Of a DNA stretch of 64,000 nucleotides, positions 1 to 9,739 are shown one piece after another. A program made the position numbers and the translations under genes. Origin of the DNA: Thermoplasmatota archaeon (GTDB taxonomy: Archaea; Thermoplasmatota; Thermoplasmata; UBA10834); NCBI GenBank assembly GCA_963818745.1, contig CAWFTI010000003.1, positions 565,876 through 629,875 on the forward strand, written 5' to 3'. Each line of letters opens with the position of its first letter. Positions within the stretch are counted from its first letter, which is position 1. The notes beneath the pieces are model-generated. The model was not told the DNA's origin. It ran no database searches and saw only the letters and a program-made list of their open reading frames with translations.

Positions 1-2105
1 CGACCGTGGTCGCCACCGGGGACAAGCCCGTCAAGAAGGCCGTCGAGAAGCTCATAGGCATGGACCACAAGTCGTTCTTCACGTCCGTGTTCGCGCGTCA
101 GAAGGAGCTGAACGCGCTCCAGAACGTCGCCGCCGGGGAGAGGAAGAAGGTCGTGCTCAGGATGCTCAGGATAGACGGCGTGGACGCCGTCGTGCAGCTG
201 ATACGGACCGACGCCAGGGACATCAAGGAGCGCATAAAGGGCGCCGAGAGCACGCTCGTGGACGAGGACGGGAGGGACAGGCAGAGCGTGCTGTCGGATA
301 GGCTCCCGAAGCTGCAGGGACAGCGCGAGGAGGCCGAGGGCCTGCTCAAGGAGGCCGAGGCGAAGGAGGCGGTCGCGCTCAAGGCGGTCGACGAGGCGAG
401 GAGCAGGCGCGACCTGCTCAAGAAGGATGTGGACGCGTACAACTCGTCCTCCAGGGACCTCACCGCGAAGCGCTCGGCGATCTCCGAGCTGAGGAAGCGC
501 GAGGAGCGGCTCGCGGCCAGGGTCGCGGACGCGAAGAAGAAGCTGGAGAGGCTGCCCGAGCTGGAGTCCGCCGAGAAGGCGTGGTCGGAGAACGTGCGTT
601 CGAAGGACGCGCTCGAGGCGGAGAGGAGCAAGGGCGAGAAGGCGAAGCACCTCGCGGAGGACATCGCGGTCATCTCGAAGGACGAGACCAGGGCCGTCGA
701 GGAGATCTCGAAGCTCAGGGCGGCCCTGACAAAGCCCTCGGACATCGTCGGCCAGATAGACGAGCTGGAGAAGGCGAGGTCGGAGTCCGAGGCGGCGAAG
801 GCGGAGATCTCCGGCAGGATCGGGGAGCTGAAGGCGAAGCGGAAGGAGCGCGGGGAGTCGGCAGCCAAGGACGCGAAGAAGCTCTCGGAGATAGAGAAAG
901 TGGGCAAGGAGGGCGTGTGCCCGACATGCGAGAGGACGCTCGAGGATGCCTACGAGCTGCTCATCGACAAGCTGAGGGAGAGCTCGGAATCAGCGTCGAA
1001 ATCCGCCGAGGAGGCCGCGAAGGCCATACTGGCGCTCGAGGGCGAGCTCCAGGGCCTCGCCAGGAAGGACGAGGCGTTCAGGAAGAAGCGGACGAGGCTC
1101 GACCAGGAGCTGACCATGCTGAGGCAGGCCGAGGCGTCCGTCGAGGGCGCGGAGAAGGAGCTCGCGCGCGTCAGGGCGAGGCTGCTGCAGAAGAGGACCG
1201 ACCTGTCCGGCCTGGGCGAGGTCAGGTTCTCGGAGCAGGAGTACGCGAGGGTCAGGGCGGAGCACGAGAGGCTCAAGCCGCTCCACGACGAGTTCGTCAG
1301 GGTCAGGGGAGTGCAGGAGGAGCTGGGACGGTCGGAACACGAGCTCGGGGACGTCAGGGACACGATCCAGAAGAACTCCATGGAGGAGGGGGCCATCAGG
1401 AGCCTCGTGGACGTCCTTGAACCAAAGAAGGCGCAGTACGAACTGATTATCAAGGAACTTGACGATAAAATGGCAGTGCTGAACTCTGCCAAGGACCACA
1501 CGAGGAAGCTGCTGAGCGCGAGGGAGGCGGCGAAGGCCGAGCACGACCGCGTGACCAAGGAACTGGAGAACATCGCGCGCGTGAAGAAGAACATCGAGTC
1601 GGAGCAGAAGAGGGCGGAGGCGCTCGCCATGCTCGACTCCGTAATGGTCTCCTTCAGGGACCACCTGATAGGGAAGGTGGCCCCGGCGCTCTCCGAGCTC
1701 ACGTCGAAGATCATAGGCTCGATGACGGACGGGAAGTACTCCAGGATAGAGCTGGAGGACGACTACGAGATACAGATCGACGACCAGGGGGAGCTGCACC
1801 CGATCGCCCGGTTCTCGGGCGGGGAGGCGGACCTCGCGAACCTCGGGCTCAGGCTGGCGATATCCAGGATCATCGCCGAGCGCACTGGCGCGAACCCGAT
1901 CAACTTCCTCATACTGGACGAGATATTCGGGTCGCTGGACCCCAACAGGAAGCGCAGCGTCATGACCGCCCTGACGAACCTGTCAAGCCAGTTCAGGCAG
2001 ATGTTCCTGATCACGCACATCGAGGACATCAAGGACCTCATGAACTACGTGATAAGGGTCGAGGAGGCGGAGGACGGCACCAGCAAGGCGACGCTCGTCA
2101 CCTGA
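1..2105 (+). CDS. rad50: Rad50/SbcC-type SMC-family ATPase, 5'-truncated by the window edge
   Basis: Long coiled coil, central zinc hook CPTC, ABC signature FSGGE, Walker B/D-loop LILDEIFGSLD, H-loop LITH. Confidence 0.88.
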   Translation, partial: TVVATGDKPVKKAVEKLIGMDHKSFFTSVFARQKELNALQNVAAGERKKVVLRMLRIDGVDAVVQLIRTDARDIKERIKGAESTLVDEDGRDRQSVLSDRLPKLQGQREEAEGLLKEAEAKEAVALKAVDEARSRRDLLKKDVDAYNSSSRDLTAKRSAISELRKREERLAARVADAKKKLERLPELESAEKAWSENVRSKDALEAERSKGEKAKHLAEDIAVISKDETRAVEEISKLRAALTKPSDIVGQIDELEKARSESEAAKAEISGRIGELKAKRKERGESAAKDAKKLSEIEKVGKEGVCPTCERTLEDAYELLIDKLRESSESASKSAEEAAKAILALEGELQGLARKDEAFRKKRTRLDQELTMLRQAEASVEGAEKELARVRARLLQKRTDLSGLGEVRFSEQEYARVRAEHERLKPLHDEFVRVRGVQEELGRSEHELGDVRDTIQKNSMEEGAIRSLVDVLEPKKAQYELIIKELDDKMAVLNSAKDHTRKLLSAREAAKAEHDRVTKELENIARVKKNIESEQKRAEALAMLDSVMVSFRDHLIGKVAPALSELTSKIIGSMTDGKYSRIELEDDYEIQIDDQGELHPIARFSGGEADLANLGLRLAISRIIAERTGANPINFLILDEIFGSLDPNRKRSVMTALTNLSSQFRQMFLITHIEDIKDLMNYVIRVEEAEDGTSKATLVT

Positions 2106-2107
2106 GC

Positions 2108-3001
2108 TCATGTGAACCCGCCGAGGGTCATCTGGTCCTGTATGTCGATGTCCTTCTCCTCGTGTGGTATCCCCAGGATGTCCATCATCTGGAAGGCGTT
2201 CTTGACGGCCTTGGCGCGGCCGTGGTTGTTGAAGTATATCCAGGCGGTCTCGCAGTTCGATATCATCTCGGACAGCCGGGGCTCCCACGCTGCCAGCTGG
2301 TCGTGGGAGTAGAGGTAGTCGTACCTGTTGATCCTGTAGTCGTCCTCGCGCTCCTCCTTGAACCAGATGTCGTAGTTCCTCCCGTGGAACCGGACATACG
2401 CGTGCTTGGCCGTGAGCGAGCGGGTCATCGGGAACCCGGGGCCGTCTATGATGACGTTCGCGACCTTGAACTCCTGGAGCATCTCGATGACGTCGGAGGC
2501 GATCTCGTTCCCCTTCTCGTTCAGCCACGACCTGTGCCTGAACTCGACCGCGTACTTGTACATGTCGGTGTCGAGCATCTGGAACAGCGTCCGCAGCTTG
2601 CCGAGGCTGCCCTTGTCCTCGAACCTGAAGTGCGGCGAGAGCTGCACCAGCACGCCCCCCAGCAGGTTCGCCTCGGCCAGGGGCCTGATGCATATGTCCT
2701 CGAAGCTGGACGCCTGCGCGGCGGCCTTCTCGGGCGCGTCCTTCAGGATGGATTCGTGGGTGACGATCTGCGGGAGCTTCACGGAGAACTGGAACCCCAG
2801 CCTCTGCCGCCCCTTCTCGATCCACGACTTGACCATGAACTCGTTCGGCACGCGATAGAAGGTCGAGTTGATCTCGACCGTGGGGAAGAACCTGGAGTAG
2901 TAGTGGAACCACTCGCCCTTCTTCGCGGCGAGCTCCGTCGGATAGAACCGGTCCACCCAATCGTCGTACGACCAGCCAGAGCAGCCGATCAGCGCGGCCA
3001 T
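2108..3001 (-). CDS. DUF72 family protein
   Basis: IGCSGWSYDDW, VEINSTFY, AVEFRH, YVRFHGRN, YDYLYS, YFNNH motifs; likely start ATG at 3001. Confidence 0.9.
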   Translation of the reverse strand: MAALIGCSGWSYDDWVDRFYPTELAAKKGEWFHYYSRFFPTVEINSTFYRVPNEFMVKSWIEKGRQRLGFQFSVKLPQIVTHESILKDAPEKAAAQASSFEDICIRPLAEANLLGGVLVQLSPHFRFEDKGSLGKLRTLFQMLDTDMYKYAVEFRHRSWLNEKGNEIASDVIEMLQEFKVANVIIDGPGFPMTRSLTAKHAYVRFHGRNYDIWFKEEREDDYRINRYDYLYSHDQLAAWEPRLSEMISNCETAWIYFNNHGRAKAVKNAFQMMDILGIPHEEKDIDIQDQMTLGGFT

Positions 3002-3141
3002 CGTATTTTCAGATGCCGTATGGCTATAAAAATGATTGTGCTGGGTGTCAGCATGTGGCACACCGGGATACTGGCAGGGTACGGCCGTCGCACTGGCCAA
3101 CGGGGGAAAGGACTATATCGGGGCAGCCGCCTAGTATGACT

Positions 3142-3197
3142 GCCTGGAATACTATGCTGCTGATCTACGTGATGCAGTGTTCCGACACCAGGCTACA
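3142..3197 (+). ncRNA. Candidate archaeal H/ACA pseudouridylation guide RNA hairpin
   Basis: Lower stem GCCTGG/CCAGGC; internal pocket AATACT/TCCGACA; upper stem ATGCTGC/GCAGTGT; apical K-loop CTGA-tctac-GTGATG; ACA at 3195-3197, 14 nt from the base of the upper stem; TATA-like CTATAT about 25 nt upstream. Confidence 0.6.
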
Positions 3198-3332
3198 GTG
3201 CGCCCCTATGGGTCCCTCTATGAACATTCGGTGAGACACCGGAGCGTGTGTAGGGGACAACGCGGCGCACAACACCAACCCCCAGGAGGGTCAGGGCGGC
3301 GAGAGTGCGTCCGCATGCTGTGAACCGCGCTG

Positions 3333-4091
3333 TTACGCCTGGGGGACAATCCCCTGCTGTCTCGTCTTCTTCCTGCCGGCCCTCGCCAGCCTGGACAGCC
3401 ACTTCTCAGCGTCGTCGTACATCGAGAACTCCTTCTCCCGCTCCCTGAACCCCTTCGTGTGGTGCAGCCTCCTGGTCGGGGTGCCCATGGGCTCCATCAC
3501 TCCGTGGAGGAGCTCGTGGTAGACCACGAACTCGAGCACGTACCTCGGAACCCTCTCCGAGTCGAGGCTCCTGTTCGCCGCGAGGATGTTCAGTGGCTCG
3601 AAGTAGAACCCCAGCCTGGTCGCTGGGGATTCCCTCGCCCATGCGAGGTCCGGAAGAGCGATCCGGCCCTTGAAGTAATAGGAGTTCACGTAGTCGAAGA
3701 CCGTCCGGAGGTCCCGGGCCTCTCCCCTCGGCCTGAAGCTGAGGTGCCGCGCCCTGCTGATGTAGACGTCCCTCTTGGGCGCCCAGAGGTCCTTCGAGCG
3801 CGCGTGCATCAGGTACTTCTCCGCCTTGCCGGTCGGGCATTCTTTCCGCTTCGCCCTGCAGAGCAGGTACCACGCGAGCGCCTCGACCACATCCTCCGGC
3901 GAGCGGTCCAAATAATCGCTGACCTTGAACGAGAGCACTCCCTTCTGCGACCTCCAGGTGTGCTTCAGCTCGGTGTACGGATAGAAGGAGGCTGATATCC
4001 TCCCGCCCGCGAGCTGCTTGTTCACGCCCTTGAATACCCCATCCAAGTCCACGGGCGAAGTATGGCCGAATCTCTTTATATGGTTGACCAA
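3333..4091 (-). CDS. SprT/YgjP-like zinc metallopeptidase domain protein
   Basis: RLGFY...LEFVVYHELLH...HTKGFREREKEF HExxH context. Confidence 0.75.
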   Translation of the reverse strand: MVNHIKRFGHTSPVDLDGVFKGVNKQLAGGRISASFYPYTELKHTWRSQKGVLSFKVSDYLDRSPEDVVEALAWYLLCRAKRKECPTGKAEKYLMHARSKDLWAPKRDVYISRARHLSFRPRGEARDLRTVFDYVNSYYFKGRIALPDLAWARESPATRLGFYFEPLNILAANRSLDSERVPRYVLEFVVYHELLHGVMEPMGTPTRRLHHTKGFREREKEFSMYDDAEKWLSRLARAGRKKTRQQGIVPQA

Positions 4092-4138
4092 TCTTCATGC
4101 CGCAGTTGTGGCATGGCCCCAGCGGCAGGATGGTGCAG

Positions 4139-5220
4139 GATGTCGGCATGTAGGACGGTCGCATTCGCGGTCGCCATCTCATTCCTCGTCCCAGGATTCG
4201 TCCCTTGCTCGTCATCGGGGTCGGCGGAGGATGATTTTGTCGCCCTCGTCGAGTCCGTCTCCGCGGCCGACATGATGACCACCGTGGAGGACCTGCAGGC
4301 GTTCGGGTCGAGGGAGTTCCATCTGGAATCCTCTCGCGAAGCCGCCGAGTACATCTACGGAAGGCTCGTCGAGACGGGCCTCGCGGTGGAGTACCAGGAA
4401 TTCGAGCTCGACGGGATCAACATCTCCAACGTAGTCGCCATCAAGGAAGGGGGCGACCCCGGCGCGGGATGCTTCCTCTTCGGGGCTCACTACGACTCCG
4501 AGAACCGGCTGGTCGACAGCCTGTCGGCAGCGGAGAACATCACGGCCCCGGGAGCGGACGACGACGCCTCCGGCGTGGCCGCCGTCATCGAGCTCGCACG
4601 CCTGCTGTCCGATGTTGCCCTGAGGAACACCGTGAAGTTCGTGGCGTTCGCCGCCGAGGAGTACGGATACGACAACTCCGGCGGTCTCAAAGGGAGCCAT
4701 CACTTCGTCGCGAGCGAGGTGGAAGGGAAACGTGAGCTACGAGGGGACGGCCATACTGGACATGATCGGCTACAGGTCCGGGCTGGAGAACCGCGCGGTC
4801 ATCGTCACCGAGCAAGTCGGGGGACCGGATGGCGGAGGCGACCGTCGAGGCGGTCAGGGAGGTACGCGATCGACCTGGACATCGAGAACATCGTCGAGCC
4901 GAGGATCAGCTACAGCGACCACTCCTCGTTCTGGGGGGCGGGCTACCCGAGCATGCTCGTGATCGAGGAGCTCTCCGAGGAGTCGAACCTCCCCCTGAAC
5001 CCGTATTACCACACATCGATCCGATGTGGCCAGCAGTCTGTCCGAGGGGCAGATGGCCGCGGTCACCCAGGCACTCCTGGGAGGGGTGCTGCAGCTGGCG
5101 GCGGGGGAGGATGGATTAGGCATATCGTCATACGTCGCAATCGCTTTAGCATCGTCTGCTTGTGCGGCCGCAGTCGCCGCGTTCGTGATCCTTCGGAGGG
5201 TCAGGACGGAGAGAAGATGA
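4139..5220 (+). CDS. Secreted M28 family aminopeptidase with C-terminal membrane anchor (about 4 frameshifts)
   Basis: Signal peptide, GAHYDS, GADDDASG, FAAEE, LDMIGY, SDH, YYHT pieces spread over frames; C-terminal TM followed by basic residues. Confidence 0.8.
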
Positions 5221-5672
5221 CGGAAGAGACCAGAGGACAAGTGAAGAGGGAATACCCGGAGGCGCCCCTCGTGGGCGTCGGGACGGTCACGGTCAACAAC
5301 GGGAAGATACTGCTCATCAAGCGCGCCTTCGACCCCGGCGCCGGCAAGTGGAGCATACCCGGAGGGCTAGTCGAGGTCGGGGAGAAGCTCTCCGAGGCCG
5401 GCAAGAGGGAGACTGAGGAGGAGACTGGCATCAAGGTCGAGATACTCGAGCTGATCAACGTGTTCGACATGATCGACCTGGACGACTCCAAGAAGGTCAA
5501 GTACCACTACGTCCTGGTAGATTTCCTGGCCAAGCCCGTCGGAGGGAAGGAACGGCTCAGCAGCGAGGTCACGGAGATCAAGTGGGCCGGGTGGGAAGAG
5601 GCGAAGACGATGGACCTCACGCGCACGGCGAGGAAGGCGCTCGAGGAGCTGTTCGGCGGGGTCATGACCTAG
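5217..5672 (+). CDS. NUDIX hydrolase (ADP-ribose pyrophosphatase-like)
   Basis: Nudix box GGLVEVGEKLSEAGKRETEEETG; ATGA overlap with the upstream gene. Confidence 0.9.
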   Translation: MTEETRGQVKREYPEAPLVGVGTVTVNNGKILLIKRAFDPGAGKWSIPGGLVEVGEKLSEAGKRETEEETGIKVEILELINVFDMIDLDDSKKVKYHYVLVDFLAKPVGGKERLSSEVTEIKWAGWEEAKTMDLTRTARKALEELFGGVMT

Positions 5673-5685
5673 GCGCGCCGCATCC

Positions 5686-7963
5686 CTACGCCTTCGGGAA
5701 GCCCATGTGGGCCTGTCCCGGGGGACCCTTCTCGACCCTCGAGGTCCTCAGGACCATGACGGGCACATCGACCGACCTGATTATCCTGTCGTAGACCGAG
5801 CCGAAGAGCGTCCTCTCGATCGCGGTCTGCGGCCCCGCGCCCATGACAAGCAGGTCGCTCTTGGCCGCGTGTTCCATGACGGTGCTGACCAGGGACTTCG
5901 ACCTTATCTGCTTCACCTCGTAGGGCACCTTCACGCGCTCGCACATCTTGGCCAACCGCTCCGCGTTGCCCCTGACGAGCTCCAGCTGCTTCTCGTCTGT
6001 GATCACTGCGAGGATGTCTATCTTCGCGCCGTACTCCCTCGCGAGCGGGCAGCGCCAGCAGGAGCGCCTTCCTGGTCTCGAAGTAGCCTCCGGAGACCAC
6101 CAGGATGCTCTCGATGCTCTTGGTGAGCCTCGTGGTCTTTATGATGGCCAGGTCGCAGGGCGCCCTCCGGACCACCTCGTCCAGGTTCCTCCCGAGGACC
6201 GTCCCGCCCCTCCTCCTGGTGCCCTTCCAGCCGACCACCAGGAGGTTCGCGGCCTCGTGCCGGGTCTGGTCGAGTATCGCACCCGCGACATCGTACGAAA
6301 CGGACACCACGGGCCGGACCTTGACGGTCGACGGGGCGACCTTGACCACCTTCCGGAGCCCGGATGAGATCTCGTCGACGTAGTCCTTGCTGATGGCCTC
6401 CAAGGGCATCGCCCTCGGGACCTCGACGATCTTGTTGACCGTGAGCTCGCCGTTGAAGTACCTCGCGAATATGCCGGCGGCCTCGACGAGCCTGAGGTCG
6501 CCCACGTTCTCGAGGGCCAGGAACACCCTGTACTTCGCGATCTGGTCCTTGGTGAGCGGCCTCTGTGGGACGCGCTTCCTGTCGACGATGGACGCGACCT
6601 CGAGCTCCTCGGGCTTCGCGAACACCGAGAGCGCCAGCCCGAGCCCTATCCATACCGCGGCGATGTACCAGGCCATGGGCATGAAGTACCAGAGGTACGC
6701 GGCCATGCCCAGCGTGGACACCAGCCCCACCACGGGGAAGAGCGGGAACAGCGGCGTCTTGAACACGAGGTCTATCTCGGTGAGCCTGCTCCTGAGTCTG
6801 ATAGAGGCCACGTTGGCGAGAGAGAACAGGAGAAGGAACATGATGGAGGTCGCGCCCACGATCACCTCGAGCGGGAACAGTATCGCCATGAACAGCATCA
6901 TGCCGCCCGTGATCAGGATCGCGTTGTGCGGTATGCGCCTGGTCGCGTGCACCTTGCCGAACGCCTTCGGGAGCGACCTGTCCCTCCCCATCGCGAAGCT
7001 CACCCTCGAGGATGAGAAGACCGTGGCGTTCAGCGCGGCCATCGCGGAGAGTATGCCGCCGAATATCAGGACCGGGGCGCCCAGGTACGGTATCCTGTTC
7101 AAGGCGACGAATATGACCGCGTTCTCGCCCTCCGCGCCTATCTGGTCCGGGGTGTAGTTGACCAGGCACGCGAACGCGACGGCGAGGTACAGGAGCGCCG
7201 CGACCAACACCGAGATGAATATCGCCCTCGGGATGTTCTTCTTGGGGTTCTTGACCTCCTCGCCGCACTGGACGATGATCTCGTACCCCTCGAACGCGAT
7301 GAATGTGAACCCCATCACCATGAAGACGTTGGCCAGGCCCTTGTCCTCGGGGAAGATCGGGTCGAAGTTCTGGAGCAGGTGCACGCCGTTCATGTCGAAC
7401 GCGAATATGACGACGAAAGACACGAAGAACGCGATTATGAGTATCTGTATGAGCGTGAGCATGTCGCCCGCCTTGCCCGTCGCGCCGACCCCCGCGTAGT
7501 TCACGCCCACGAAGAAGACGATGGCGAGCGTCGCGAAGAGCTTGATGAGGAGGGCGTGGGAGAGGCCGAATATGTCGATGTCGAAGTGCCCGACGAGGGC
7601 TACCATCGCGAACCCGAATCCCAGCGAGTAGTAGCTGCATGCCACCGTGTGGCCGAACCAGGACATCCAGCCCGACATGAACGCCGCGGGATGCCTGAGG
7701 GATTTCTTGGCCCACAGGTATCCCCCGCCCGCTTCGGGGAAGGTCGAGCCCAGCTCGGCGTAGGTGCCCGCGGTGAAGAGCGTCATGACCGCGTTGAGGG
7801 CGAACACGAGCATGACCGCTGACCCGACCTCGCTCGTGATGACCCCGATGAGGACGAAGATGCTCGTGCCTATCATGGCACCGACGCCGATCATCGTCAC
7901 ATCGAAAAGGCCCAGGTCGCGCCTCAGTGTGACCGTTACAGACTGGTCTTTCGGACCCGACAT
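5686..7963 (-). CDS. APC-family amino acid permease with C-terminal USP domains (frameshift near 6050)
   Basis: GVGAMIGTSIF, YAELGSTFPEAGGGY, about 12 TM segments, then USP-like LLVVGW and DLLVMGA...FGSVYDRII. Confidence 0.88.
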
Positions 7964-8089
7964 CTGGGTCCAAGTGATGAGACGCTCAGCGTATAAGCCT
8001 TTCTCGAGGGCATTCGGAGGTGTTCGGGAGTACTGGCGCACCGACCAGGGGATGGCTTTGTTAGTAGCGGTCCGAGGGCGGTTTTCTCG

Positions 8090-8250
8090 TCTCTGATATA
8101 TATGCATTTGGTTCTGTTGCGAAATTAGGAAGCGGCTCTTCACGCCGGAGCCTCCTCGCAACTCGCTCCATTCGGCTCCGACCGTGCGCCCTTCTCAGGG
8201 TCGTAGAGGATCATCATCACGTCATGCTGGAGCGCGCCGGGGTCGAACCG
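8090..8250 (-). ncRNA. Putative TnpB omega/reRNA scaffold plus guide
   Basis: Minus-strand GGTTC (8249-8245) pairs with GAACC (8114-8110), enclosing hairpins CGACC..GGTCG and GGAGC..GCTCC; overlaps the tnpB 3' end as in known TnpB RNAs. Confidence 0.5.
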
Positions 8251-9400
8251 TAAACCCCCCACCATCTCTTTCGAGACGGCTGTCTGCAGCAGGTTGAGGC
8301 TGGCGTTGATGTGCCTGTCGAGACGCCAGCCGCACTCGCATACTGAACTCGGTGCCCTTTCGGGAATCCTGTAATCTCCCACACACCGGGCACTTCCTGC
8401 TGCTGTTCCTCGGGTCCACCTTGTGGACCGGTATTCCTCTCCACCTGGCCTTGTACTCGATGAACTGGTGGAGCTTCCTCCTCGGCCACATGCTCAACCG
8501 TCTGTTGAGGGCCTTGTCCTCCCTCGGCTTGAAGACCCCCTTCGAGGTCCTCGAGCACTATCGCCGCCGTGTTCTCCTCGGCGAAGTCGAGCACGGCGTT
8601 GGCCACCTGATGCATCCGGTACTCGACCCGGTCATGCTCCCTCTTACCCTCCCTCCTGCACAGACGCCTCGAAGTTCGCCGGTCGCGGGACTTCTTCTTC
8701 TGGAGGCGCTTCCGTCGGTCGTGGTGTTTCAGCTGTATCGCGGCCACTCGCGGGAAGGGTGCCTTCACGGGGGTACCTTTCCCTTCACTGACGAACACCC
8801 CGTCGAGGCTCCTCTCGTTCGTGTCGAGAGATACGACCGATTCCGGGACATACGGTCGTGGCTCCGTCTTCCGGAAGGCGATCACGACCCTGTCCGGGAA
8901 GAGCGCCAGGGAGCCGAGGGAGAGGGAGGGGTCGTCCAGGAATCCCTTGTGATACTCACTCAGGACCAGTTTGAGCTCGACGTGGCACCCGGCCCGGATA
9001 GGCAGGTCGATCACGCCTCTCTCGCGGTCGAGCTTGTACGCTTGATTCACCGTTTTCATGAACAACCTCTTGACATACGGTATCCGGTCCGTCTCCCCTT
9101 TCCTGACCTTCCTCCGATGGTTCTTGAGGACGCTTGCGGCGATCTCGAACACAGACACGAGGTGCTGAGCGTACATTCCGGGGTGCTCGGTCCTGAAGTC
9201 CTTGTATGCGAGCTTGTGTAGGGCGTACCTCGATGTCAAGCGCGTCTGCAGTCCCGCCCTTATGGCACGATTCACAGCAAGGCGGAAGTCCTCGAGAAGG
9301 AACCTGGCATGAGCGGGCAGCTCACCCTCGAGACGAAAAGACACCGCCTTGACGAGCATCGGGTGTTCCTAGGCGGTCGTGGTACTTCGGACTCATCCAC
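8110..9400 (-). mobile_element. Solo tnpB element (IS1341-like) without tnpA; left end not defined
   Basis: tnpB followed by a structured 3' region ending CAGAACC; no HUH or serine transposase ORF nearby. Confidence 0.55.
8140..9359 (-). CDS. tnpB: TnpB (IS200/IS605 family RNA-guided nuclease homolog), frameshifts near 8540 and 8345
   Basis: RuvC-I SLDTNE, RuvC-II IVLEDL, VDPRNSSRKCPVCG...CECG zinc finger, RuvC-III DRHINASLNL. Confidence 0.88.
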
Positions 9401-9739
9401 TGCATGTAGCATCTGCCCTTTCACGCTCTCCTCGGAAGGCCCCTGCGGCCTCGGGGACGTTCCGAGGGCATCCGTAGAGAGCGCAAAATGCCTCGAGAAA
9501 ACGACCTGCCGCGTTGTCCTGACCACGGAACGAGCATTCTCTGCAGACGGTCCTCTCGCATGATCAGCACCCTGATAGGAGGGTCGGAGAGGATGCGGTG
9601 AGACACAGGGCGGAAAACGGTGCACGAACCAGGCACCGATGGTCCGACATCGTTCAACTGGCTCGGATTGGGAGGTTTCAATCGCCGGAGTTCTGCAACA
9701 GAGCCGCATTTATATGCCGGCAAAGCATCCCAAGCAGAA

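Noticed and set aside
3100..3334. RNase P or SRP RNA
   Set aside because: Lacks the GAGGAAAGUCC P4 motif and the SRP helix 8 motif on either strand
9360..9720. tnpA remnant upstream of tnpB (a short WMSPKY peptide)
   Set aside because: No HUH motif or catalytic Tyr, and the frame is closed by a stop just upstream
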